In this document: positions 18,663-27,645 of the stretch, piece by piece
Position numbering within the stretch: the stretch's first letter is position 1
How the letters are laid out: each line of letters opens with the position of its first letter
Assembly (NCBI GenBank): GCA_963801355.1
Contig: CAWDEM010000004.1
Span: 224,001 to 288,000 of the forward strand
Direction: 5' to 3'
Source: Ignavibacteriota bacterium
Lineage (GTDB): Bacteria > Bacteroidota > Ignavibacteria > UBA10030 > UBA6906
Length of the DNA stretch: 64,000 nucleotides
The notes under the pieces: generated by a model
Database searches by the model: none
What the model was told of the DNA's origin: nothing
The model's input: only the letters and a program-made list of their open reading frames with translations
Translations under genes and position numbers: made by a program

Positions 18663-19466
18663 ATGGACGTTCTTCCACTGCTCATCCTCCTCTGCGCGGG
18701 ATGCTTTGCCGGGTTTCTCGCCGGATTTTTCGGCGTCGGTGGCGGGATCATCCTCGTCCCGCTGCTGCTGCTCTACTATCAGACCACGACAGTCTCCTCT
18801 CTCGTCTCGACGCATCTGGCATTCGGCACCAGCTTGCTAATCATCATCTTCGCTTCCGGTGCATCCGCAATCCAGTACACACGCAATAGACAGGTCGTAT
18901 GGAAAGCGGTGGTATTTCTCGGCGCGGGCAGCGTTGCGGGAGGGCTCGGCGGGGCTCTTGTGGCGGGAGGATTGGAGGGACGCGTGCTGCGTCAGATCTT
19001 CGCAGCAGTGTTGATGCTGGCTGCAGTGCAGCTTCTTGTGTCGGCAAAGAAACGCAAGGGGGAAGATGTACCGGCAACACATCCGCCGGCACTTCTGCTG
19101 AGCGGGCTGGTGGTGGGACTTGTGTCTGCGCTCGCGGGAGTCGGCGGGGGTATCGCTTCGATCCCGATCATGCACACGATACTTCGCTTTCCCTTCAAGA
19201 AAGCCCTGGGGACGTCAAGCGCCACGATTGTTATTACCGCCTGTGCAGCCGGCATCGGCTATATCGTACGGGGATGGGGGAATAGCTCCCTTCCCCCTTT
19301 CACGCTCGGCTATGTCGACTACCTACACGCCGTGCCGCTCATTCTTGGCTCGATTCCTTTTGCGATGCTCGGTGCACGGACGGCGCAGAGGACGGATGCA
19401 AGGCTCCTGACGAAGATCTTTGCGGTATTCCTCATCATCATGGCGTTTCGCATGTTCTTCCAGTAG
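18663..19466 (+). CDS. TauE/SafE (TSUP) family membrane transporter
   Basis: Two GVGGG repeats, GTSL/GTSS motifs, about 8 hydrophobic helices. Confidence 0.9.
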   Translation: MDVLPLLILLCAGCFAGFLAGFFGVGGGIILVPLLLLYYQTTTVSSLVSTHLAFGTSLLIIIFASGASAIQYTRNRQVVWKAVVFLGAGSVAGGLGGALVAGGLEGRVLRQIFAAVLMLAAVQLLVSAKKRKGEDVPATHPPALLLSGLVVGLVSALAGVGGGIASIPIMHTILRFPFKKALGTSSATIVITACAAGIGYIVRGWGNSSLPPFTLGYVDYLHAVPLILGSIPFAMLGARTAQRTDARLLTKIFAVFLIIMAFRMFFQ

Positions 19467-19471
19467 GCCCG

Positions 19472-20095
19472 TCACGCCAGGCGATCCCGTATCATTCCGA
19501 CCACCTTCTGCAGGTCTTCCTTCCTGTTGACAAAATCCAGGTTATCGGATTCGACAATCAGCAGCTTCCCCCTCGTATATCTCCCGACCCACGACTCGTA
19601 GTGGCGGTTCAGTTGTTCCAGATATTCCCGCTTGATGGATTGCTCAAAGTCGCGGCCGCGAAGGGCGATCTGACGGAGCAGCGTTCCGACATCAGCCCGC
19701 AGATAGACCAGCAGATCGGGAGGATGCAAGTATTCCGTCATGACATCATAGAGAGCGACATAATTTCTGTAGTCCCGCTCCTCCATATTGCCGATCTCGA
19801 AGAGGTTGCGCGCAAAGATCTCGGCATCTTCATAAATAACGCGATCGAGTACAACCGATGCCGTCCCCTCGGTGATTGCCTTGTGATTGCGGAACCGGTT
19901 TGAAAGAAAATACACCTGCAGTTGAAATGACCACCGCCGCATATCGCGGTAAAAATCGCTCAAGTAGGGGTTGTCTTCCACGGATTCGTACATCGCCTCC
20001 CACCCCATGGTCTGGCTCAGCAATCGTGTCAGGGAGGACTTTCCGGAGCCGATGTTGCCGGCTACCGCAACGAAGGTGTGTGCAGGTGAAGTCAT
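19472..20095 (-). CDS. Deoxynucleoside kinase
   Basis: VAGNIGSGKS P-loop, NPYLSDFY, LDRVIYED, RGRDFE; ATGA overlap with btuF. Confidence 0.93.
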   Translation of the reverse strand: MTSPAHTFVAVAGNIGSGKSSLTRLLSQTMGWEAMYESVEDNPYLSDFYRDMRRWSFQLQVYFLSNRFRNHKAITEGTASVVLDRVIYEDAEIFARNLFEIGNMEERDYRNYVALYDVMTEYLHPPDLLVYLRADVGTLLRQIALRGRDFEQSIKREYLEQLNRHYESWVGRYTRGKLLIVESDNLDFVNRKEDLQKVVGMIRDRLA

Positions 20096-20973
20096 GGATG
20101 TCCTGTGCGAAGATATGCAATGAGCATCGCCAGCCCGTCGACGGCGCGGGGCCCCGGCCGCGTCACGAGATCGGGTGGTACGCGGTACACATGTCCGGTG
20201 CGGACGGCGGTGAGCTGGGCCCATTCCGGGTAGAGCGTGGAAATACTCTGCGTTGAGTCGAATGCATCGGATGTGATGAGCACCACCCCGGGGTCCTGCG
20301 TCAACACCATCTCGCGGCTGAGGGAGGGATAGGTCATGCCGGTCGGCGCAGCAAGGTTCTCGGCACCCGCGGCCGTCAGCAGCTCATTGAGGAACGTGCG
20401 ATCCCCCACCGCCATCAGCGGCTGGACCGAAACGAAGAACAGCGTTCGCGTCCGCTCTCCCGCGGCGATCATGCGGAGCTGCGCGGTGCGCCGGGAGAGC
20501 GAGTCGGTGAGTGCCGCTGCCTCGCGCGTGTGTCCTGTGAGCGCACCCAGATCACGGAGGGAGAGGTTGATTGCCTCCAGCGTCCGCGGATTGGTCACGA
20601 ATACCGGTATCTGCAGGCCGGTCAACGTGAGAAAATCCTGGCGCTGGTTCCCCTCCATACTGACAATAATGAGATCGGGTGACAGCCCGACAATGGCTTC
20701 AATGCTCGGATTGATGATTCCGCCGACGCGGCGGCAGGACTGTGCTTCCGGAGGATAATTGCAGTAATCCGTCACCCCCACCACCTGACTTCCCGCGCCA
20801 ATAGCGAACAATGACTCGGTGATGCTGGGTGCGAGCGACACGATGCGCGTCGCAGGATGCGGCAGCGTGACGCGGCGGCCCAGGTCATCTTCAAGAGCAA
20901 TCTGTGCCTGGCTGCACGCAATGCCTGACAGAAGGCACACGGCGAGTGTGCCCACGCGCACGGGAATGTTCAT
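20092..20973 (-). CDS. Cobalamin/iron-siderophore periplasmic binding protein (BtuF-like)
   Basis: DDLGR, RIVSLAPSITE, VGVTDYCNYP, RPGPRA. Confidence 0.88.
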   Translation of the reverse strand: MNIPVRVGTLAVCLLSGIACSQAQIALEDDLGRRVTLPHPATRIVSLAPSITESLFAIGAGSQVVGVTDYCNYPPEAQSCRRVGGIINPSIEAIVGLSPDLIIVSMEGNQRQDFLTLTGLQIPVFVTNPRTLEAINLSLRDLGALTGHTREAAALTDSLSRRTAQLRMIAAGERTRTLFFVSVQPLMAVGDRTFLNELLTAAGAENLAAPTGMTYPSLSREMVLTQDPGVVLITSDAFDSTQSISTLYPEWAQLTAVRTGHVYRVPPDLVTRPGPRAVDGLAMLIAYLRTGHP

Positions 20974-21005
20974 ACGGGGGAATGTTCGTTCAGAGTGTGT
21001 GCGGA

Positions 21006-21034
21006 AAGATAGGAGAGATGGGGCTCAGAAGCAA
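21006..21034 (-). promoter_or_regulatory. sigma70-type promoter of btuF-dNK, overlapping the upstream terminator
   Basis: Minus strand TTGCTT (21034-21029), 17 nt, TATCTT (21011-21006). Confidence 0.55.
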
Positions 21035-21047
21035 CTGAGCCCATCTC
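21015..21047 (-). terminator. Stem-loop, probable intrinsic terminator of the small HTH gene
   Basis: GAGATG-GGGCTCAG / CTGAGCCCATCTC: 13-bp stem with one bulge and a 6-nt loop, 10 nt after the stop codon; the U-tract is weak. Confidence 0.6.
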
Positions 21048-21057
21048 CGCCTCTTGT

Positions 21058-21237
21058 TCATTTTACCGCGGCTTTAATGCGTGCGACGGTGTCTTTGGTG
21101 TAATAGCTGCACACTCCCTTTTTTGCCGCCGGCTTGATCGCCAACTGCTGCAGCGCTTTCTTCACTTTTGCACCCGGTACACCGAGTTGCTTTGCGATAG
21201 TGCCCGCGGTGAGCAGATCCGTCGTCGTCGTTGCCAT
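21058..21237 (-). CDS. Small basic helix-turn-helix protein, 59 aa (below ORF-track cutoff)
   Basis: MATTTTDLLTAGTIAKQLGVPGAKVKKALQQLAIKPAAKKGVCSYYTKDTVARIKAAVK*; AGGA RBS upstream and a hairpin downstream. Confidence 0.8.
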   Translation of the reverse strand: MATTTTDLLTAGTIAKQLGVPGAKVKKALQQLAIKPAAKKGVCSYYTKDTVARIKAAVK

Positions 21238-21269
21238 AGGAGCATCCTGATGATGTGAGTGATGGTGGA

Positions 21270-22184
21270 TTATGGGTGTGTCAGGCCGAGCTGGCGTGCC
21301 AGCCAGTCGTGCCGGTCCTTTCGCGCCCCCGGAACCCTCATATCGTGTTCTGCATCATACCATCGCACGGTCTTCGGAGGCGAAGCAGCGGCACTGAATG
21401 AGAGTGCCGTTTCCGTTGAGATATATTTGTCGTTGTTAGCGAATTGGAACAACAGGGCAGCCGGTGCGGCGTACGGCACAAAATGCACGGGATCCACCGG
21501 GTCGATGGCGTCGCGATATGCCCGGTCTCCCGCTGCCGCGGTGGACGGCCAGTACTTCAGCGACCAATCGGCAAAGCTCCCCATGCCGGCTATGAGCACA
21601 AAGGCTTTCACACGTGATTCGACACCTGCAAGAATTGCTCCGTACATGGCCCCGTAGTCGTGTCCGACGTACGCGACCCGTTGCGTATCCAGGCCGGGTT
21701 CACGGAGCAACAGGTCAAGAGCCTTCCGTGTGTCAATCGTCTGATCGATGACCTGCTGCCGGTCTACTGCTCCGCTCACAGGCTCTTCCTGCCAGGGAAA
21801 GTACCCCTGGATGAGCATGGACACCACGCCCTCTTTGGCCAGCTGAAGCGCTTCTTCAAGAAATTGATCCCTGTTCCCTTGTGGGCTTCCCAACCAGTGA
21901 AAGAACAACACTCCGGCAAAGGGGCCGTCGCCGGGCGGCCGGATCAGATAAAATCTCACCGGCCCGTGCTTGAGTGAGGAAGCGGGGAAATGCGCATCTC
22001 TGACAGCAATGCCGTCGACCGTGCGCATCGTATCCTCGACAATTTCCATCGGAGCATTGCGGTCATACGTCAGGAGATCCGAAGATGCATGAGCCTGTTT
22101 TGGCGGCGGACCGGAGTCCCGGTGCCGGCCGCACGCAACAAGCAACAGACTGCACAACAGCGGGATGACAAGGGCTTTGTTCAT
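21270..22184 (-). CDS. Alpha/beta-hydrolase-fold lipoprotein with GHDYG elbow
   Basis: LLVAC lipobox; RVAYVGHDYGA nucleophile elbow, ANNDKYI acid, DAEHD His. Confidence 0.8.
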   Translation of the reverse strand: MNKALVIPLLCSLLLVACGRHRDSGPPPKQAHASSDLLTYDRNAPMEIVEDTMRTVDGIAVRDAHFPASSLKHGPVRFYLIRPPGDGPFAGVLFFHWLGSPQGNRDQFLEEALQLAKEGVVSMLIQGYFPWQEEPVSGAVDRQQVIDQTIDTRKALDLLLREPGLDTQRVAYVGHDYGAMYGAILAGVESRVKAFVLIAGMGSFADWSLKYWPSTAAAGDRAYRDAIDPVDPVHFVPYAAPAALLFQFANNDKYISTETALSFSAAASPPKTVRWYDAEHDMRVPGARKDRHDWLARQLGLTHP

Positions 22185-23560
22185 AAGAGAGTTCCGTGCA
22201 GTATCATTGCGGCAAAAGAGAAGTAGATGATGAGACCGGTCACGTCCACCAGGGTTGCCACAAAAGGAGCCGATGAGGATGCGGGGTCAAATCCGAACCT
22301 GCGGAGAGCAAAAGGAAGCATCGAGCCGGAGATGGTGCCCCAGGTGACGACGCCGACGAGGGAGAACGCCACCGTCAACGCAACGAGGAACCAGTGGGGG
22401 CCATAGAGATTCGTAAATGCGGACCAGAGCGCAATGCGCAGGAAGCCGATGGTTCCCAGCACCGCACCAAGAAGAAATCCCGACAGAATCTCACGGCGCA
22501 TGACCAGCCACCAGTCCCGCAGGGTAATCTCCTGCAACGCCATGGCACGGATGATCAACGTCGCAGCCTGTGATCCGGAGTTGCCACCGCTGGATATGAT
22601 CAGGGGCACGAACAGCGCGAGCACCACGGCTCGTGCAATCTCGGCTTCAAAATACCCCATTGCCGTTGCGGTCAGCAATTCCCCCAGGAACAGAATCACC
22701 AGCCAGCCGGCACGTTTCTTGACCAGTGCAAGGACCGGCGTCCGCACATAGGGATATTCCAGCGACTCCACGCCGCCGAACTTCTGGATATCCTGCGTAT
22801 TGATTTCCTCCACCACGTCCAGCACATCGTCGATTGTCACAATGCCCAGCAAGAAACCGTCCTTGTCAACCACAGGCAACACGGAACGGTCGTACTTCTT
22901 AAAGACCTGCACAGCATGTTCTTTCGTGTCCGACGATGAGAGACTCACAAACGTTTCGTCCATCAATGCCAGCACCGGCGTGTCCAGCGAGGCAAGCAGA
23001 AATTCCCTGATGCGGACGTCGTCGATCAACTTCCCTCTGTTATCGACGACAAAGACAAAGTCCAGTGACTCGATGCCCTTGGCGCTGGTGCGGATGTAAT
23101 TGAGCGTACGTTCGACGGACCACTCCTTTATGACGGCCACGTACTCGGGCGTCATCAGCCGGCCCACGGAGTCAACCGGGTAGCCCAGGAGAGTTGTGGC
23201 TACGGACCGCTCGGCGGGGGAGAGCGCCTCGATCAGTTGCCTGACAACTGGCCCGGGCAACTCCTCGAGAAAGGCAGTGCGGTCATCCGGCGACATCTCA
23301 TCGAGAATGGCACCGACTTCGTCACGTCCCATGGCCTTGAGAAGCTGTTTCTGTACATCAAGGCCAAGGTATTCAAATACGTCTGCGGCGGATTCTTTGG
23401 AGAGCAGGCGGAAGGCGATCGCCCGGTCACGTTCATCCAGATCGGTAATCGCATCTGCGAGTTCGCTCGGATGCCAGTCCCCAAAGACCTCTTTCAGTGT
23501 GTGAAAATCCCGTTTCTGGACGAGATCGGCAATCTCTGGAAGTATGGCGCGGCCAAGCAT
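22181..23560 (-). CDS. mgtE: Magnesium transporter MgtE
   Basis: MgtE_N domain, CBS pair (GRLMTPEY, GIVTIDD), GGNSGSQ, DPASSSAPFVATLVDV. Confidence 0.96.
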   Translation of the reverse strand: MLGRAILPEIADLVQKRDFHTLKEVFGDWHPSELADAITDLDERDRAIAFRLLSKESAADVFEYLGLDVQKQLLKAMGRDEVGAILDEMSPDDRTAFLEELPGPVVRQLIEALSPAERSVATTLLGYPVDSVGRLMTPEYVAVIKEWSVERTLNYIRTSAKGIESLDFVFVVDNRGKLIDDVRIREFLLASLDTPVLALMDETFVSLSSSDTKEHAVQVFKKYDRSVLPVVDKDGFLLGIVTIDDVLDVVEEINTQDIQKFGGVESLEYPYVRTPVLALVKKRAGWLVILFLGELLTATAMGYFEAEIARAVVLALFVPLIISSGGNSGSQAATLIIRAMALQEITLRDWWLVMRREILSGFLLGAVLGTIGFLRIALWSAFTNLYGPHWFLVALTVAFSLVGVVTWGTISGSMLPFALRRFGFDPASSSAPFVATLVDVTGLIIYFSFAAMILHGTLL

Positions 23561-23648
23561 GGGGCCTTCCTCTCGCGGGACGTACCTGGAAAGCTACATA
23601 ATGACACATCCGATCACGCCGGACAAGAAGGAGAGAAATTTCGAGGGG

Positions 23649-24410
23649 TCACTTCTGCGCGATGACCAGCATCTCGAAATCCCCCGTCGTCAGCTTGTCG
23701 TTCCTGCTGAATGCGCCCAGTTTCGCACCGAATATCTCGATCGCGGCAAAATGCAGTGACTGCAGCATCCAGGTAATCTCCGATGGCACATAGTACCGTT
23801 CATTGCACTGCAACTCTTTCTCGTTGCCAAGGTCATCCCGGACAACCGTCGTGCTGTGTTCGCGGAAGGTCATGAGATCGAACGTATTGCGGCTGGACGC
23901 GGCATTACCTTCGTGGGCTGCCGACGCGAGAAAGTCTTTCACGGAGTGAAAGAGAGGAAAGAGACCGTTCAGCGTCGTGAACACCAATTTGCCGGCAGGC
24001 TTCAATGCACGTGCCGCGCCCTCCAGGATCCGGTAGTTCATGAGGTCCGTTTCCATCAGGGGAAACGCCCCCTCACAGATCATGATGGCCAGGTCAAATG
24101 CACTGACAAACGGGAGCGCCCGGGCATCGTGTTTCTGAAAAACAATGTCCAGGTGGAGTGCCGATGCCTTCTCTCTCGCCCGGGTGAGGAGGGAGTCCGA
24201 CAGATCGACGCCGAGAACGTTGTATCCCCGGCGCGTCAATTCTAGAGAATGACGGCCCGTACCGCATCCGATATCCAGTATCCTGGCACCTTTGTTGAAT
24301 CCCAGTTCCCGTTCGAGGAAATCGCACTCGCCGATCGTCCCCTGGGTGAAACTTTCGGCGTCATATTTCTTGCCATAATCTTCGAACAACAATTCATACC
24401 ATTGCTTCAT
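23649..24410 (-). CDS. Class I SAM-dependent methyltransferase
   Basis: ILDIGCGTGRH, GVDLS, DAR, ALKPAGK; GGAGG RBS. Confidence 0.9.
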   Translation of the reverse strand: MKQWYELLFEDYGKKYDAESFTQGTIGECDFLERELGFNKGARILDIGCGTGRHSLELTRRGYNVLGVDLSDSLLTRAREKASALHLDIVFQKHDARALPFVSAFDLAIMICEGAFPLMETDLMNYRILEGAARALKPAGKLVFTTLNGLFPLFHSVKDFLASAAHEGNAASSRNTFDLMTFREHSTTVVRDDLGNEKELQCNERYYVPSEITWMLQSLHFAAIEIFGAKLGAFSRNDKLTTGDFEMLVIAQK

Positions 24411-24464
24411 GGCTTCCCTCCATTCACGCGTCCGGAGCCGGCGAACGAATGCATGAGCGCCGCT

Positions 24465-24761
24465 CTATGAAGAGGACTTCCCTTTACTTTTGCGGAACAG
24501 GGCAAGTCCCCCGAAGCCCGCAATGACGGCAATATAGAACCCGAAATCATACCACCATCCCGTATTGAACGGTTCGTACACACGGATACCGTCCTTGAAG
24601 AGACCGGCAATCAGAGACACAGGGGCAATCCAGCCGTGCCAGATGCCCATAAAGAAACCTGCGGGCTCGCCGGCGGACGATGACCCACCACCGGGAAAGC
24701 AGCCGCTGAACGTGAGGAGAAAGATCACCAGCGTCAACGGGTGCACCAATGACTTTGCCAT
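24465..24761 (-). CDS. Small conserved-looking membrane lipoprotein
   Basis: LTFSGC lipobox, PAGFFMGIWHGWIAP, NTGWWYDFGF; GAGG RBS. Confidence 0.75.
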   Translation of the reverse strand: MAKSLVHPLTLVIFLLTFSGCFPGGGSSSAGEPAGFFMGIWHGWIAPVSLIAGLFKDGIRVYEPFNTGWWYDFGFYIAVIAGFGGLALFRKSKGKSSS

Positions 24762-24818
24762 ATGTGCCTCTGATTGCGGAATGGTCCTTGTGACTCGGCG
24801 GATGATCCGCTTCGTCGA

Positions 24819-24971
24819 TTACTTCTTCTTGGGATTTTCCTTCGCACTCTTCTTGCGCAGGTCAGCCCCGTGTGCACGTTTGTACGTTTGAATATCCACA
24901 AACCTGCCCTTGCTGTCCCGGACGGCATACAGCTTGGTGCCCGTCGAGCTGCGATGCGTTGTGCGCTTCAT
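24819..24971 (-). CDS. Small, highly basic hypothetical protein (50 aa)
   Basis: MKRTTHRSSTGTKLYAVRDSKGRFVDIQTYKRAHGADLRKKSAKENPKKK*; AAGGAGG RBS before ATG 24971. Confidence 0.75.
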   Translation of the reverse strand: MKRTTHRSSTGTKLYAVRDSKGRFVDIQTYKRAHGADLRKKSAKENPKKK

Positions 24972-25114
24972 GATGCTGGCCTCCTTGATTGTGAGTGTGT
25001 ACCACTTCACCATTGTCCGCTCCTGCTGTGCTCACAGAGCGAAAGGATTGCTGTAACGTCGTACATGCCGCGCACATTCCGCGATGATGAGGGGTCCCGC
25101 ACTGCATGCGACCG

Positions 25115-26611
25115 TCATGCCGTGTCGGCCACCAGGAGTTCCGACTCGGGCAGTGAAACCCGCGAAAGGACATCCCTGACCTGCGGTAACGTGGTCTTGT
25201 TGACAAGGACAAGTATGGTGTCGCCCTCCTGGAGTACAGTGCCACCGCTGGGGACGAGATAGTTGTCGTTCCGGCTGATCAGGACGATGAGGCAGTCGCG
25301 CGGCAGACCCAGATCCACTATTGATTTGCCGGCAATTGCGGCATTGTAGGGAACGATCAGATCGACAAGTTCCGTGTCAGCGCCTTGCATCGGAGAAAAC
25401 TCAATGGGATATCGCCGCTTCCGGTCGATGGGCGCGTCCAGGCGCAACATGCGGGCAGCAAGAGGAATCGACCAGCCCTGCAGGAGCGCCGAGGTCAGCA
25501 CAATGAAAAACACGATATTGAAGAGCAGTTCGGCATTGGGCAGTCCGGCGATAAGCGGAAATGTGGCCAGCACAATCGGGACCGCACCACGCAAGCCGAC
25601 CCATGAGACGAACGTCTTTTCCCGGAGAGTGATCCTGGCGAAGAAGAGAGAGAGGAACACACTCAGGGGACGCGCAACGACCATGAGGAACGCCGATACC
25701 AGCAATCCTGCACCGATGACGGGCACGATGTGCGACGGGAACACCAGCAGACCCAGTGTGAGAAACATGGCAATCTGACTCAGCCAGGCAAGCCCGTCAA
25801 AAAAGCGCAGCAGGCTTTTCTTCTGAATGAACTCACTGTGTGCAGCAATCAGCCCCGCCACATACACGGCAAGAAAACCACTGCCTCCGATGCTCGTGGT
25901 CATGCTGTAAATGAGAACTGCAGATGCAAGCATCAGCACCGGGTACAACCCTTCATAGTAGATCTTCACGCGATTAATCATGAAGATCATCGCCTTCCCG
26001 GTCCCCCAGCCGGCTGCTGCACCGAGACCCATCTGCACAACAAAAAGCCAGACCAGCGAACCGAACGAGGTATCCGGTATGGTCAACAGTTGAATGAGTC
26101 CAATGGTGAGGAACACGGCCATCGGGTCATTGCTGCCTGACTCAAGTTCAAGAAGTGGCTTGAGCTGTCCCCGCAAACTCACATTCTTCGAACGAAGAAC
26201 CGAGAAGACCGCCGCGGCATCGGTCGATGAGACGATCGCACCCAGAAGCATTGCAGTGAGTAACGGGAGCTCCAGAACGGCGGAGGCAAAAATCCCGACG
26301 GCGAGTGCGGTGAGGAGTACTCCGAGTGTGGCCAGACTCAACGCCTGACGAAAGACAGGCTTGACTTCCTGCCAGTTTGTGTCGAGACCGCCGGCAAAGA
26401 GGATGAAGATCAGAGCAATAACCCCGATAGACTGCGCAAGTCCGGCATCGTCGAAATAGATGCCGCCGGGTCCTTCAGAACCGGCGAGCATACCGATGCC
26501 GAGGAACAGCAACAATGTCGGGATGCCAAGATTATCGGAAAGCTTTGCAACAGCAATACTGACAAGGACGAGGAGCGATCCTATCAGCAGAATATATTCG
26601 AGGGGAATCAT
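25115..26611 (-). CDS. K+/H+ antiporter NhaP2/CvrA with TrkA-C (RCK_C) domain
   Basis: GMLAGSEGPGG, SSTDAAAVF, LELESGSNDPMA, GLRGAVPI, C-terminal RCK_C. Confidence 0.92.
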   Translation of the reverse strand: MIPLEYILLIGSLLVLVSIAVAKLSDNLGIPTLLLFLGIGMLAGSEGPGGIYFDDAGLAQSIGVIALIFILFAGGLDTNWQEVKPVFRQALSLATLGVLLTALAVGIFASAVLELPLLTAMLLGAIVSSTDAAAVFSVLRSKNVSLRGQLKPLLELESGSNDPMAVFLTIGLIQLLTIPDTSFGSLVWLFVVQMGLGAAAGWGTGKAMIFMINRVKIYYEGLYPVLMLASAVLIYSMTTSIGGSGFLAVYVAGLIAAHSEFIQKKSLLRFFDGLAWLSQIAMFLTLGLLVFPSHIVPVIGAGLLVSAFLMVVARPLSVFLSLFFARITLREKTFVSWVGLRGAVPIVLATFPLIAGLPNAELLFNIVFFIVLTSALLQGWSIPLAARMLRLDAPIDRKRRYPIEFSPMQGADTELVDLIVPYNAAIAGKSIVDLGLPRDCLIVLISRNDNYLVPSGGTVLQEGDTILVLVNKTTLPQVRDVLSRVSLPESELLVADTA

Positions 26612-26617
26612 CTTTGG

Positions 26618-26640
26618 AATATAGCAAATCCGCAGGATTT
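26618..26640 (-). promoter_or_regulatory. Extended -10 leaderless promoter with adjacent inverted repeat
   Basis: Minus strand TGC-TATATT, then 6 nt to ATG 26611; AAATCC-N3-GGATTT at 26626-26640. Confidence 0.55.
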
Positions 26641-26691
26641 CCACCTCATGGGGCGCAGAATTTGCAGTGTCTCCGCATGGACGACCCCTCT

Positions 26692-27087
26692 CTATATGAC
26701 CGCCTTTAAGAACTCCAGGAGTTCCACAGGTGCGCCGTTATCGAGGATCATGGCCACACGAACCCCTTCGGATGGTGAACTCACGTCGCCCAGGAGTTCC
26801 AGTCCCTCCAGCGCAGCGTCCAGATCGTCCACCTCAAAGGCAATATGGGGCACCGTGCGGATGATCTCCGCGATGGCACAATCAGGATCAAACCGCATCC
26901 ACTCTATGCCATAGGGGCTGGTGTCAAATCCCGCAACATGGATCTTCAGATGCGGAAGGTGGACTTCATCCGGATGTGGAACCGTTGTAGGAATGCCGAG
27001 GTGATGGTAGCGCCAGCCCTTGTGTGCAATCGCAGGCGGCGGTTCATGGTCCCGGCGTCTGCGCGCCGGCCAGTGTCCTGTGCTCAT
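26692..27087 (-). CDS. VOC/glyoxalase-superfamily protein
   Basis: YHHLGIP, PHIAFEVDDLDAAL, GAPVELLE. Confidence 0.75.
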   Translation of the reverse strand: MSTGHWPARRRRDHEPPPAIAHKGWRYHHLGIPTTVPHPDEVHLPHLKIHVAGFDTSPYGIEWMRFDPDCAIAEIIRTVPHIAFEVDDLDAALEGLELLGDVSSPSEGVRVAMILDNGAPVELLEFLKAVI

Positions 27088-27177
27088 ATCCGTCCGGAAT
27101 TGTGGGACAGGTTTCTCAGGCGTTCTTTGGCGACGGCCAGAGTTTTATGATTACCACGTCGATCAACTACGTGCAGT

Positions 27178-27600
27178 TCATTTGATGCTGAGCTTGACTG
27201 CCATCAGTGCCTTGGCGTATGCCACGTCCTTCTTGTGCTTGTAGGTAATCGTCACGCCCCGGATCGTGCCGAACTTTTTGCCGCCGGTGTACTGTTCCTT
27301 CAACGTATCGGAAATTGGACTCTCCAGAACCGCCTGCTTGGCCTTGTCTCCGAAGTAGAAGGTGGTTCTAAATGTTCCTGGAACGATGGAGAGCCAGAAG
27401 ATGGTCTTTGACTTTCTCTGAACCTTGAGAAGCCAGCTCTTCCCGTCGTTGTAGTATCTCCATTGTTCCGTGAAGTCGGGATGGTCGGTGTGCATCGCCT
27501 CAAAGAGCGCCTGCCACAGGGTCTTGGACTTGCCGATGTGCGAAAAGATGACCTCTTCAGTGGGGAAACGGCTTTTGTCCGTAAGCACCGGGGTGTCCAT
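27178..27600 (-). CDS. DUF3788-like protein
   Basis: PTEEVIFSHIG, EQWRYYNDGKSW, KTIFWL; GGAGG RBS. Confidence 0.7.
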   Translation of the reverse strand: MDTPVLTDKSRFPTEEVIFSHIGKSKTLWQALFEAMHTDHPDFTEQWRYYNDGKSWLLKVQRKSKTIFWLSIVPGTFRTTFYFGDKAKQAVLESPISDTLKEQYTGGKKFGTIRGVTITYKHKKDVAYAKALMAVKLSIK

Positions 27601-27645
27601 AGCAGGCCTCCATGGTATGTGTCACAAAGATGTGCCGCACGTGGT

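Noticed and set aside
20974-21057. Cobalamin riboswitch before btuF (likewise M-box before mgtE and T-box before ileS)
   Set aside because: The leaders are too short and lack the conserved boxes.
21284-21303. CTGGCACG on the minus strand as a sigma54 site for the small HTH gene
   Set aside because: It lies in coding sequence (WLARQ) and lacks the -12 GC.
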